From: Candidatus Zixiibacteriota bacterium
GTDB taxonomy: Bacteria > Zixibacteria > MSB-5A5 > GN15 > FEB-12
DNA: 64,000 nucleotides
Direction: 5' to 3'
Assembly: GCA_040753875.1 (NCBI GenBank)
Contig: JBFMDV010000005.1
Location: 305,142-369,141 of the forward strand
The notes beneath the pieces were generated by a model. It saw only the letters and a list, made by a program, of their open reading frames with translations, did not search any database and was not told where the DNA came from. Shown here one piece after another: positions 27,888 through 37,009 of the stretch. Position 1 is the first letter of the stretch. The number at the start of each line of letters is the position of its first letter. The translations under genes were made by a program, and so were the position numbers.

Positions 27888-30683
27888 CTACGCTGTAGTG
27901 TGCGCCTCTTTTGAGCTCTTCTTTCCGTCGGCGTGTTTAATGGCCGCATGGGCGGCTGCCAGACGTGCTATCGGCACACGAAAAGGAGAGCAGGAGACAT
28001 AGTCCAGGCCGACCTCGTGACAGAAATCAATCGAGGCCGGGTCGCCGCCATGCTCGCCGCAGATACCGACTTTGAGATCCGGCCGTACGGCGCGCCCCTT
28101 CTCCTTGCCCATTCTCACGAGCTGGCCCACTCCGTTGGCATCGATCGAAACGAACGGGTCGTTGGGCAGGACCTGGTGCTGGACATAATACCCGAGGAAC
28201 TTGCCGGCATCGTCGCGGGAGAAACCCATGGTCATCTGGGTGAGGTCGTTGGTGCCGAAGCTGAAGAATTCCGCCTCGACGGCGATCTCGTCCGCGGTGA
28301 GTGCCGCGCGCGGGATCTCGATCATCGTACCGACCAGGAACTTGAGGTCCTTGACTCGCATTTTGTTCATTACTTCGCCGGCAACGCGCATCACGAGCTC
28401 CTTTTGGTTCTTGAACTCGTTGACGTGTCCGACCAGGGGGATCATGATCTCTGGAAAGACCGGAATCTTGTTACGATGCAGATCGCATGCGGCCTCGAGA
28501 ATGGCCCGCACCTGCATCTCCGTGATCTCCGGGTAGACAATACCGAGACGGCAACCGCGATGTCCAAGCATTGGGTTCAACTCGGTCAGTTCCTCGGTGC
28601 GCTTGAGTGTCTTCTGGAGAGCTTCAAGCTGCTCCTCGTAGTCATCGCTCTTGGGATCAAGCGCCTTAATCTTTACCAGAACATCTTCACGCTTGGGCAG
28701 GAACTCGTGAAGCGGTGGGTCGAGCGTTCGGATCGTCACCGGCAGGCCCTGCATCGTCTCGAACAATCCCTTGAAATCCTTCTTCTGGAACGGCAACAAG
28801 CGGTCGAGCGCCGCCTGTCTTTCTTCGGGCGAATCGGCCAGGATCATCTCCTGCACTATTGGAATGCGGTCATCGGCGAAAAACATGTGCTCGGTCCGGC
28901 AGAGACCGATTCCCTCAGCGCCATATTTGATTGCCTGTTGGGCATCGCGCGGAATATCGGCGTTAGCGCGCACTTTGAGACGGCGCGTCTCATCGGCCCA
29001 TTTCATCAGTTCCGAGAATTCGCCGGACAGTTCCGGCTCGATCGTCGGGACGGCGCCCAGAATAATCTCGCCGGTGGAGCCGTTGAGCGTGACAACTTCC
29101 CCTTCTTTGATCGTCAGTTTGCCGACGGAAAACTGCTTCTTGGCGGCGTTCACACGAGCCATTTCGGCGCCGGTCACACAGCATTTGCCCATACCCCTGG
29201 CCACCACAGCCGCGTGCGAGGTCATGCCGCCGCGAGACGTGAGAATGCCTACCGCGACATTCATCCCCTCGATGTCATCGGGGTTAGTTTCATCGCGGAC
29301 CAGAATGGTCGACTCTTTGGCGCCGTGTTTGACGACGTCCTCAGCCGTGAAATAGACTTTGCCCGAGGCAGCGCCGGGTGACGCGGCCAGGCCTTTGGCG
29401 ATCACATCGTACTTGGCGTGCGGGTCGATGCGTGGATGCAAAAGCTGGTCGAGCGATTGCGGTTCGATCCGCATGAGCGCCTCTTCCTTGGTGATCAGCT
29501 TCTCCTTGACCATGTCGACGGCGATCTTGATGGCGGCCTGGACGGTCCGTTTGCCGTTTCGAGTCTGCAGCATGTAAAGCTGGTTCTCCTGAATGGTGAA
29601 CTCGAAATCCTGCAAGTCCCGATAATGCTTTTCCAGGCGAGTGGTGATCTCTTTGAGTTGTTTGTAGATGTCGGGCATATCGTGGCCAAGGTCGGCGATC
29701 GGCTGCGGCGTGCGAATCCCCGCAACGACATCCTCGCCCTGCGCGTTAATCAAGTATTCGCCGTAAAATTCCTTGGCGCCCGTGGCGGGATTCCGGGTGA
29801 ATCCGACACCGGTTGCCGAACTGTTTCCCATGTTGCCGAACACCATCGCCTGCACGTTCACGGCCGTGCCGAGGTCGGCGGGGATGTTGTTCATTCGGCG
29901 ATAGCTGATCGCGCGCGGGTTGTTCCAACTGCGGAATACGGCGTCGCGCGAGAGACGCAACTGAGCCCAGGCATCTTCCGGGAACGGCTCGCCGGTTTTG
30001 CGCTTGATGATCTGTTTGTATTTCTTGATGATGTCTTTCAGGTCATTTACCTGAAGCGAGCTATCCTGTTTGATGCGCCTTTCGTGCTTCTTCTCGGTGA
30101 TGATTTCCTCGAATTGCTCTTTATCGATGCCCAACACGACGTTGCCAAACATCTGTATGAAGCGCCGGTAAACATCGAGTGCGAAGCGCGGGTTGTTAGT
30201 CTTTTTGGAGAGCCCTTCGACAGTCTCTTCATTGAGACCGAGATTGAGGATAGTGTCCATCATGCCGGGCATGGAAAATTTTGCGCCGGAGCGAACCGAC
30301 ACCAGGAGCGGATTGGCCGGGTCGCCGAACTTCTTGCCGGTCTCGTGCTCGACCATGGCAACCTGCTTTTCGAGCTCCTTGTCCAATTGCTTGGGGAGCT
30401 CCATGCCGTTCTCGTAGTAGATCTTGCAGACCTCGGTGGTGATCGTGAAGCCGGGCGGGACGGGAATTCCGGCGTTGACCATCTCGGCCAGGTTGGCCCC
30501 TTTGCCGCCGAGCAGATCTTTCATGCCGGCATTCCCTTCGGCCTTGCCGCCGCCAAAGAAATAGAAATACTTGCCGGTCAGCTCCAGTTTGGCGCCACCG
30601 CTTCTGGGTTTCGCCGTCACCGGTTTCGACGCACTCTTGGGGGGGGCTGTCTTTTTGGGTGCCACAGTTTTCTTAAGAGGCAT
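27888..30683 (-). CDS. ppdK: pyruvate, phosphate dikinase with Lys/Pro/Ala-rich N-terminal extension
   Basis: It is colinear with PPDK from KYFYFFGGGKAEGNAGMKDLLGGKGANLAEM. It has the phospho-His region GGMTSHAAVVARG and the C-terminal PEP-utilising TIM barrel. AAGGA lies 7 nt upstream of the ATG at 30683; GTG at 30689 is an alternative start. Confidence 0.96.
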   Translation of the reverse strand: MPLKKTVAPKKTAPPKSASKPVTAKPRSGGAKLELTGKYFYFFGGGKAEGNAGMKDLLGGKGANLAEMVNAGIPVPPGFTITTEVCKIYYENGMELPKQLDKELEKQVAMVEHETGKKFGDPANPLLVSVRSGAKFSMPGMMDTILNLGLNEETVEGLSKKTNNPRFALDVYRRFIQMFGNVVLGIDKEQFEEIITEKKHERRIKQDSSLQVNDLKDIIKKYKQIIKRKTGEPFPEDAWAQLRLSRDAVFRSWNNPRAISYRRMNNIPADLGTAVNVQAMVFGNMGNSSATGVGFTRNPATGAKEFYGEYLINAQGEDVVAGIRTPQPIADLGHDMPDIYKQLKEITTRLEKHYRDLQDFEFTIQENQLYMLQTRNGKRTVQAAIKIAVDMVKEKLITKEEALMRIEPQSLDQLLHPRIDPHAKYDVIAKGLAASPGAASGKVYFTAEDVVKHGAKESTILVRDETNPDDIEGMNVAVGILTSRGGMTSHAAVVARGMGKCCVTGAEMARVNAAKKQFSVGKLTIKEGEVVTLNGSTGEIILGAVPTIEPELSGEFSELMKWADETRRLKVRANADIPRDAQQAIKYGAEGIGLCRTEHMFFADDRIPIVQEMILADSPEERQAALDRLLPFQKKDFKGLFETMQGLPVTIRTLDPPLHEFLPKREDVLVKIKALDPKSDDYEEQLEALQKTLKRTEELTELNPMLGHRGCRLGIVYPEITEMQVRAILEAACDLHRNKIPVFPEIMIPLVGHVNEFKNQKELVMRVAGEVMNKMRVKDLKFLVGTMIEIPRAALTADEIAVEAEFFSFGTNDLTQMTMGFSRDDAGKFLGYYVQHQVLPNDPFVSIDANGVGQLVRMGKEKGRAVRPDLKVGICGEHGGDPASIDFCHEVGLDYVSCSPFRVPIARLAAAHAAIKHADGKKSSKEAHTTA

Positions 30684-30755
30684 ACGCACATCCTTACCCG
30701 AATCAGGTCCACGATTTTTTCTGGCGGGAATCTATGGTAAAGCCTGCTGACGAGC

Positions 30756-30800
30756 AATAGAAAAGGCGACCGCGAACGTTATGTTCGGATCGGTCGCCTT
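30756..30800 (-). terminator. rho-independent terminator of the 115-aa gene
   Basis: Stem AAGGCGACCG (30763-30772) / CGGTCGCCTT (30791-30800). The minus strand continues TTTTCTATT. Confidence 0.7.
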
Positions 30801-30822
30801 GCTTGCTGGCCGCCTTGCCCGC

Positions 30823-31170
30823 CTACATGGTGAAGAGTCGTTCCCCTCGGATGATCTTCTCCAAAATGCGCACCGTCTTCTCAACCGGCGAGTGCATGAT
30901 GTCGGTCGTGTTGTAGGTGCTTCGCACGACCTCGCGTGATGCGGACATGCCGGCCTTCCCGCGACCACCCCGGAGTTTTTTCTTGTGGGTCAGGTTGTAC
31001 TGACGCTGGTACTCCTTGGCCTTTTCCTTGTGCATCTGGTAATACCGACGCTGATACTCCCGTCGCGCTTCCGCAGTGGACAGTTTCGAGGTTGTGCTTG
31101 TTGGCTGGGCTGCCCTGTCGGCCGTCTCGGTGCTGGTGATGGCGGGAGATCGTTTCTCCATCCGAGCCAT
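30823..31170 (-). CDS. small basic hypothetical protein (115 aa), apparently monocistronic
   Basis: The ORF has its own candidate promoter (31255-31283) and terminator (30756-30800). It has a Lys/Arg/Tyr/Gln-rich centre, EARREYQRRYYQMHKEKAKEYQRQYNLTHKKK. I recognise no family. Confidence 0.5.
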   Translation of the reverse strand: MARMEKRSPAITSTETADRAAQPTSTTSKLSTAEARREYQRRYYQMHKEKAKEYQRQYNLTHKKKLRGGRGKAGMSASREVVRSTYNTTDIMHSPVEKTVRILEKIIRGERLFTM

Positions 31171-31254
31171 TACCTACCTCACTTTCCCTGTGTCAAGTGT
31201 TGCTACCCTTTTTGCGAAATCGCGCAACCGCGATTGGTTCCTCACACCGAGATG

Positions 31255-31283
31255 TAGTTAGGAAAAATTTGCCTGTATGTCAA
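31255..31283 (-). promoter_or_regulatory. candidate sigma70-type promoter
   Basis: Minus strand reads TTGACA (rc of 31278-31283), 17 nt, TAACTA (rc of 31255-31260). Confidence 0.4.
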
Positions 31284-31525
31284 GCACTATTTTCGTCTTT
31301 TTTCTACGTCGACCTCCTTTAAGCTCTACCCTGACAATGAATTATAATCAAACAGTTTCGTATTGTCTCGTAACTTATTGTGAGATAAGGCATTCTCCGG
31401 AGCGTACCTGCATGCCACAACTCCTTATGTCGCAATGCACTACAGTGATGCTCCGTACCCGACACTGCTCTGTTTCCTGTCGACCTGCCATCACTTATTC
31501 GTACGAACTAATCCTCCGGATTGTC

Positions 31526-31570
31526 AACAAAAAATCCCGCCGAAATCGCTTCGGCGGGATTGTTTTTGTT
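31526..31570 (-). terminator. bidirectional rho-independent terminator ending the 12-gene array
   Basis: 11-bp perfect stem ATCCCGCCGAA (31534-31544) / TTCGGCGGGAT (31550-31560). It is flanked by an A-run (31529-31534, a T-run on the minus strand) and by TGTTTTTGTT. Confidence 0.85.
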
Positions 31571-31582
31571 GCCTTCGCCTGT

Positions 31583-32386
31583 TTACGCCGCGGGTGATTC
31601 GCGTCTCTTCAAATGTTGCACGATCTCCCAAGCGATATACGCGATCAGCATCACGACGATCAGCCAGAAGATCAAGGGGAACCATATCGAATGGTTGGGG
31701 TTGGCGTCATCAAAGGCGGTCTTCAGCCAGCTCCGGTTAAGGAACTGCACGCGCTCGATGAAGAGCGAGATACGCGCCATGACGGTATAGCCGAACGATG
31801 CCCCGAACCCGATCATCAGGATCCAGATTCCGAACTTGGCGAGCACGCCGAAAGCGCCGGTGTGCGCTTTGGAAAAGAAGAAGTAGGACAGTGCGGCCAG
31901 CGCTCCGACCAGAACGATGAGCTGCGACAACGCTGATGTCGGGTCAAACAAACCGGAACCAATGAATGTCTCCCACGAGATGTTCGACATCATCGCGTAC
32001 AACTGCTTGTTCACGCGGTTGGACATCTCGAGCGGGACCGCCAGACCGGCGGATATCCCGATATAGAGCGCCATCGGCCAGCGTGACATCCATGAGTACT
32101 TCTTCGAAAAGCGGGTCCACATCAGTGCGCCCAGGAAACCCGGAATGAGGTACCAAGGAGCCGAGGAGTCCAACCACACCTTGTACCAGTGACCGTCGGA
32201 CAGTTTCGCGAACAGGTTCGGGTAGAGGCTGTTGTGCCAGAGCAGAATGGAGAAGTACCCGGTAGCGGTACCGACCATGAGATGTTCGGCAAATTTGTAG
32301 AACGGATTGTCCTTATACAGGAAGCTGAATATCGCCAGCGTCAGAAACGCGGCCAAGCTTGTCCAGAGATACGTTTCAAAGTCCAT
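31583..32386 (-). CDS. module 1 component A: polytopic membrane protein, uncharacterised family
   Basis: 267 aa, MDFETYLWTSLAAFLTLAIFSFLYKDNPFYKFAEHLMVG...FFFSKAHTG...IGFGASFGYTVMARISL. It is a paralog of 35231-36064 and 38935-39594 and has an extra C-terminal TM segment. Confidence 0.85.
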   Translation of the reverse strand: MDFETYLWTSLAAFLTLAIFSFLYKDNPFYKFAEHLMVGTATGYFSILLWHNSLYPNLFAKLSDGHWYKVWLDSSAPWYLIPGFLGALMWTRFSKKYSWMSRWPMALYIGISAGLAVPLEMSNRVNKQLYAMMSNISWETFIGSGLFDPTSALSQLIVLVGALAALSYFFFSKAHTGAFGVLAKFGIWILMIGFGASFGYTVMARISLFIERVQFLNRSWLKTAFDDANPNHSIWFPLIFWLIVVMLIAYIAWEIVQHLKRRESPAA

Positions 32387-32388
32387 GC

Positions 32389-33264
32389 CTACCTGCCTTC
32401 CGTCGCGCGACGGCGCCGGGACGTGAAGTACCCGACGTTGCCTACGACTATGAACGCAATGATCACGATGTGCGCGAAGACCTGAATGCGCATACCATCG
32501 GTTGCGGGACCGGGGTTGTCGGCGAGTTGCTCATATTGCGCCGCTCCGAGAAGCCCCCCCATGAGGCCGAATATCTGACCGGAATTCAGGTACGGGTAGT
32601 AGTCGGCCGCCATGACGCCGGTGGTGCCGAGCGCCAGCGGGAAGTTGAAGCGCCCCTGACCATACGAGACCCAGGCGTCAGTAATGTTGCCACCGGAAAG
32701 ATCGATCACACAGGCTACTTGCTTGTAGTTGATGACGCCATTCATGATCGGCAGAGAGTCCAGCGGTCGACCATAGTAGTCGATCGGGAACGGCAACCGG
32801 AAATTCTGCCCCATCCCAAGAATCTGCAATATGAAGTACGGTTTGTATCCCAGGAACACATAGTCGACGCCGTTGACGAGTTCTCGCCCCTTATACGCCA
32901 CACCGTGGTATGTTTGGTCAAGCTTCATGGAATCCGTGATGTCGTGAATCGCCGCATCCACCATTCCGGAGCCGTACTGCGACAGCGTGCAGAAGATGAT
33001 CCGCAGGTCCTTGCGGAAGCAGTGCTCCATGATAGCGTATGCCATCGGATGCAACTCAGCCTGCATGGAGGGATCGTAGTCGATGCCGAGATACACGATC
33101 TGGCCGGGTTGGAGCTTGCCGACGAATTCGTATATGCTGCGGACCTCGCTGTTGATCCGGATCGGGATTTGAAACGAGACAGCATAGGTACCGACCACGA
33201 CGACAGCCAATAGGAGGAACACCCAGCGGCGGTCGATCGCCATCATCTTTTCGAAGATAGTCAT
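32389..33264 (-). CDS. module 1 component B: bitopic protein with a large domain held between N- and C-terminal TM anchors
   Basis: 291 aa. AAGGAGG precedes the ATG at 33264. Motifs are DYDPSMQAELHPMA, GYKPY, GAAQYEQL and AHIVIIAFIVVGNVGYF, then a basic tail. Paralog of 36067-37005 and 39599-40612. Confidence 0.85.
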   Translation of the reverse strand: MTIFEKMMAIDRRWVFLLLAVVVVGTYAVSFQIPIRINSEVRSIYEFVGKLQPGQIVYLGIDYDPSMQAELHPMAYAIMEHCFRKDLRIIFCTLSQYGSGMVDAAIHDITDSMKLDQTYHGVAYKGRELVNGVDYVFLGYKPYFILQILGMGQNFRLPFPIDYYGRPLDSLPIMNGVINYKQVACVIDLSGGNITDAWVSYGQGRFNFPLALGTTGVMAADYYPYLNSGQIFGLMGGLLGAAQYEQLADNPGPATDGMRIQVFAHIVIIAFIVVGNVGYFTSRRRRATEGR

Positions 33265-33276
33265 ATTTCGACCTCC

Positions 33277-33936
33277 TTATCCTTTCCCCATGTAGCTTCG
33301 TTCGATACCCAAAATCACTTTCAGGGCCGTGGCCACCATGCCCAGGCCAATGCCGATCACGATGGCGCGCTTGGCAGCCAGGTTGGGGACATTGAGCAGC
33401 CAGTTGGCGGCGTTGCTGACATAATCACCGAGCGGTCCGAGATAGGGATTGAAGCGAAGCATCAGGATGAGCGCCGCCGCCAGCAGCAGCGTCGCCAGCA
33501 CATTGCGGGCGCGAAAGGCGCGATACGCTGCCGACGCAATGAAGAACGCCAGCAGGGAGAAAATGGTCGACTGGATCGGCCGTATGACATACTCGTATGC
33601 ATGACGGTACATGTAACTCTGGAGTCCTTCCGTCGTGCTGAAATGCAGCCCCCAGCTCCCGTCCACTTTGGCGAGGAAGCCGAAGCAGATGGTCGCAAAC
33701 AGACTTATGAGCAGCACGACCGAGTAGCCGCGGTCCGGCTTGTGCTGCCGCAGTTTGTCGTAGTTCACTCTGAACAAAGACCAGATGCCGAGCACCAGCG
33801 CAAAAACGCCAATGATGGTGATCCAGTCGAGCAGGTACTCGTAGATCCACTCCGACGATTCATGCGGGACGAAATACTGAAACACCATGAAGAGTCCGAA
33901 CACCAGGACCAACAGTATGGGAATCTGTCGCTTCAT
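33277..33936 (-). CDS. module 1 component C: polytopic membrane protein, uncharacterised family
   Basis: 219 aa. GAGGAGGA precedes the ATG at 33936. Motifs are YRAFRARN, PNLAAKRAIVIGIGLG and LGIERSYMGKG. Paralog of 37010-37687 and 40618-41265. Confidence 0.85.
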   Translation of the reverse strand: MKRQIPILLVLVFGLFMVFQYFVPHESSEWIYEYLLDWITIIGVFALVLGIWSLFRVNYDKLRQHKPDRGYSVVLLISLFATICFGFLAKVDGSWGLHFSTTEGLQSYMYRHAYEYVIRPIQSTIFSLLAFFIASAAYRAFRARNVLATLLLAAALILMLRFNPYLGPLGDYVSNAANWLLNVPNLAAKRAIVIGIGLGMVATALKVILGIERSYMGKG

Positions 33937-33952
33937 TGTTTCTACATCCTCC

Positions 33953-35197
33953 TCAATTGGCCACTTTGAAGAGCTCTTTGAAGCTCATGCCCCAGGAAAC
34001 ATCGGAAAACGCCGCGACATTCAGCGCTACAGCCCCGATCAGCGCGAGAATGATCACCGCCGCCTTTGCATAATCCTGTGCCTTCAGTGACCCCAGCAAC
34101 AGTGGTTCGCGTCCGAGGTAGGCCGAAGCGGCATAGAGCTCTTCGCCGATCAGCGTGTAATCACAGGCAACAACGAAAAACGGGATCTGGGCGACTTCAT
34201 CGGTGCCGGCGATCTGTATGGAGCCGGCCAGGGCACCGGTCTCGGCCAGAATCAGTGATTCCGCAAAGAACTTACCCATATACACGTTGGTTGCCGGCAA
34301 TTGCCTGAGCATGATACCATTGACAGCGCCGACATAACCGAACTGCGAGTTGGTCAGAAAGTAGACCATCTCCTCGCGGTAGTCATCGACTCGTCCGGCG
34401 TCCATATACGCCGATTTCACCGTCTCCTGAGCAACCGTCATCACAATCGGGTCATAGCAGGGGACGATCAAGTGGGTCTGGTATTCGGCAACCCGCTTGG
34501 CCACTCTGCCGAGGATGGTGAATGAGGCGATGGTCGCTATTTCGGCGGCGGTGCCGAGTCCAAGCACATACAGAATCGGCTTCCCCATTTCCGTCGCGCG
34601 CCCGATAGCTTCGTCGATAGCCTCTATTCCGCTCAACGGCCTCACGTACAGGTCACCACCCTTCTTGGCTTTGGTGACGAAAAAGACGGTGAGGAACCCG
34701 AAGAACAGCACTGCCACCAGCACCGGCACTCGCCCTTTGTTGAACCATTGCCCATACGACTGCACCGGTCCAAAGACTGGTGACAAGGACCTGATGGTTG
34801 AATCAGGTGTGACGGCATCGACACGGTAATAATAGTCCGTGTGGTCGGCCATGTAGTCGGGTGATTCCGCTTCTTTCGAACCGACATTGTTGTAGGTTTT
34901 CTGTCCGGGCAGTGCCGCCCCTACTTTTGTGAACTCGCCGCCGGGAGAAGTGGCACGGAGCACGTCGTAGGCGATGACGTTGCGGAGTCCGGCGCCGTCG
35001 TCCGGCGACAAATCCCATGAGAGCGTGATCGCGTGCCCGTGGTCGTTATCGAGGTCAATAGCCCGAAGATTAGAGACTGGCGCCGGAGGAGCTAGCGGCA
35101 GCGCCATATCCGGCGGTTGAATCGTGTCGATCTGCGCCACGGCCCCCGCAGTCGCCAACAGACACACCGTAAGAACTGTTCTCAGCAGAGATTGCAT
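33953..35197 (-). CDS. module 1 component D: signal peptide + Fn3-like ectodomain + TM + conserved ~240-aa core + C-terminal TM
   Basis: 414 aa. GGAGGA precedes the ATG at 35197. It has a signal peptide (MQSLLRTVLTVCLLATAGAVAQ) and ITLSWDLSPDD...YYYRVDAV. Core motifs are GIEAIDEAIGRATEMG, FAESLILAETG, IQIAGT and PFFVVACDYTLIGEELYAASAYL. Confidence 0.85.
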   Translation of the reverse strand: MQSLLRTVLTVCLLATAGAVAQIDTIQPPDMALPLAPPAPVSNLRAIDLDNDHGHAITLSWDLSPDDGAGLRNVIAYDVLRATSPGGEFTKVGAALPGQKTYNNVGSKEAESPDYMADHTDYYYRVDAVTPDSTIRSLSPVFGPVQSYGQWFNKGRVPVLVAVLFFGFLTVFFVTKAKKGGDLYVRPLSGIEAIDEAIGRATEMGKPILYVLGLGTAAEIATIASFTILGRVAKRVAEYQTHLIVPCYDPIVMTVAQETVKSAYMDAGRVDDYREEMVYFLTNSQFGYVGAVNGIMLRQLPATNVYMGKFFAESLILAETGALAGSIQIAGTDEVAQIPFFVVACDYTLIGEELYAASAYLGREPLLLGSLKAQDYAKAAVIILALIGAVALNVAAFSDVSWGMSFKELFKVAN

Positions 35198-35230
35198 ACA
35201 TCCTCCGCGAGGCTTCTTGTATCACTCATA

Positions 35231-36064
35231 TCATTGCTTGATCAATCCCAACCAGTCGCTGAACAGGAACGTCAACCGGCCCACGAGAAGCGAGACACGC
35301 CCCATCACCGTATAGCCGAACGACGCACCGAATGTCACCATCAGCACCCAGATCCCGAAGCGCGACGCGCGCCCCGTGAGTCCCGTGTGCTCCTTTGAAA
35401 AGAAGAAATATATCAATCCGCACACGACGCCAAGAAAAATCACCCAGTTGGCCAGCATGACGACGAACTGCCCGGCGATATTGAGGTTAAAGTCGGAAAT
35501 AAAACTCCCGATCCCCCGCCATTCGACCAGGAGTGGCACGAAGGTGGACGATATCTGCTCGATGAAATCGGAACGCATGTAGCGCACGAAATTCAGTCCG
35601 GCGGTGGTACCAACGATGAAGGCCAGCGACCATCTCGAGATCCACCCCAGTTTCGATGACAGCCTCATGAGCAGGAGCAGGCCGAATATGACCGGAATGA
35701 AAAACACCCAGTTGATCGGAAATGGCCCGACATACTCGCTCGGGATATACGGCACTTTGAAAGACGCCGACAGTGACGAGGAAATGCGAGGGATCAGGTT
35801 CCCGACGATGGTGGACCAGAACCCCATGCACATCCAGAACGCGGCGGATATCCCGACAAACAGGTGCTCGGCGAATTTATAGAACGGATTGTCGGCATAG
35901 AGGAATGACAGGACCGCCAGGGTCAGAAAGGCCGAGATGGTCACCAGGAATCCGCGCAGGATGTAGTCCTCCTGAACGCCGTTATATGCCGACGCCTTGG
36001 CGAACCAACTGACGGCAAACAGAACGACTACCGCAAAAAGAACAATGATGGTGGAACGTCTCAC
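35231..36064 (-). CDS. module 2 component A (with extra N-terminal TM segment)
   Basis: The GTG start at 36064 lies 2 nt after the B2 stop (TGAccGTG). The sequence (V)RRSTIIVLFAVVVLFAVSWF...FLTLAVLSFLYADNPFYKFAEHLFVG...FFFSKEHTG...TFGASFGYTVMGRVSL follows. The 377-aa track ORF was trimmed because its 5' part overlaps B2. Confidence 0.8.
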   Translation of the reverse strand: MRRSTIIVLFAVVVLFAVSWFAKASAYNGVQEDYILRGFLVTISAFLTLAVLSFLYADNPFYKFAEHLFVGISAAFWMCMGFWSTIVGNLIPRISSSLSASFKVPYIPSEYVGPFPINWVFFIPVIFGLLLLMRLSSKLGWISRWSLAFIVGTTAGLNFVRYMRSDFIEQISSTFVPLLVEWRGIGSFISDFNLNIAGQFVVMLANWVIFLGVVCGLIYFFFSKEHTGLTGRASRFGIWVLMVTFGASFGYTVMGRVSLLVGRLTFLFSDWLGLIKQ

Positions 36065-36066
36065 GG

Positions 36067-37005
36067 TCAGACCGGCTCCTTTTTGCGGGAGCGGAAGTAG
36101 GTGATGTTGCCGATGATTATGAATGCCATAATAACCAGGTGCGCCAGTGTCTGGGGGCCCATCATACGAAGCCCCGGAGCCGGCGTATCGGCAAACTGCG
36201 GATATCGGTTCACCAGTTCGTGCTCGTATTCGGCCGCCCCCTTGATGCCGCCGAGAATACCGAGAATTTGCCTGGGGTAATACGGATACAACAACGGTGC
36301 GGTCACCGCCGCCACGCCCGAGGCGATCGGTACGTTGCCGGGATCGCCGACAAACAGCACCCACTCTTTCGCGCCGGGATAACCACCGCCGGTCGTGAGG
36401 ACAAGGTCAAAATCCTTGCAGGACCTGACGCCGTCAAAGATCGGCAGGCTGTCGAGCGGCACGGTGTTAACATCGGTGGGGAACATCTTGCGGATATCGG
36501 TCACGATGACATTGAGCACGCCCTCGTTGCCCGCCTTGTACCCAATCACGGCGTAGTCGACGCCATTCACTTTCTGCGAAAATTCCCGCCGGACAACGCG
36601 GTCGAGGGAGGTGGTCATGAGCGCCTGACCGGTCGCCCAGAGCGACATGAACACGACACGATGCCCTTTGCTCAAGCAGTGGCGCATGTATGCATCAGCC
36701 ATCGGTTGAACTTCGGGGGCCATGGCCGGGTCAAAATCGAACGACATGAGCACGCGCGACCCCGGCGGCAATGATTCGATCTTGTCGAACACCGCCTTGA
36801 CGGTAGGTGTCATGCGCTCCTTGAACGTGATGGGAAAGAGCACCGGCAGGGAGACGGCCACAAATACAAACGCGAAGATAAGCCTTCGGGGAACTTCCCT
36901 GCCTTTGACCGAACGGATGGTAAGCCAGACCAGTCCACCGCCGATCGCCGCCAGGGTGAGCGCCACGCCGATATCGCTGAAGCTGATGGCCATGATGCCG
37001 AACAT
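36067..37005 (-). CDS. module 2 component B
   Basis: The ATG at 37005 lies 4 nt after the C2 stop. MFGIMAISF... has two N-terminal TM segments. Motifs are FDFDPAMAPEVQPMA, GYKAGNE, KEWVLF, GAAEYEHEL and AHLVIMAFIIIGNITYF. Confidence 0.85.
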   Translation of the reverse strand: MFGIMAISFSDIGVALTLAAIGGGLVWLTIRSVKGREVPRRLIFAFVFVAVSLPVLFPITFKERMTPTVKAVFDKIESLPPGSRVLMSFDFDPAMAPEVQPMADAYMRHCLSKGHRVVFMSLWATGQALMTTSLDRVVRREFSQKVNGVDYAVIGYKAGNEGVLNVIVTDIRKMFPTDVNTVPLDSLPIFDGVRSCKDFDLVLTTGGGYPGAKEWVLFVGDPGNVPIASGVAAVTAPLLYPYYPRQILGILGGIKGAAEYEHELVNRYPQFADTPAPGLRMMGPQTLAHLVIMAFIIIGNITYFRSRKKEPV

Positions 37006-37009
37006 GCGA

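Noticed and set aside
27933-30740. Long plus-strand ORFs (482 aa, 440 aa, 194 aa and others) across the ppdK locus
   Set aside because: They are antisense to a gene with unmistakable full-length PPDK motifs. Their translations are Arg/His/Gly/Leu-rich and low in information, typical of shadow ORFs in GC-rich DNA.
31277-31790. Plus-strand ORFs (106, 101 and 89 aa) in the AT-richer spacer and over the end of A1
   Set aside because: They are Cys/Ser/Arg-rich with no RBS, they run through the bidirectional terminator, and they are antisense to A1.
35231-36364. Longer ORF-track versions of array genes (377 aa for A2, 338 aa for B2, 273 aa for A3, 279 aa for C3, 446 aa for D3)
   Set aside because: The upstream extensions overlap the preceding gene in another frame and are Arg/Ser-rich. 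They have no counterpart in the paralogs. Internal starts sit directly at the preceding stop codons.
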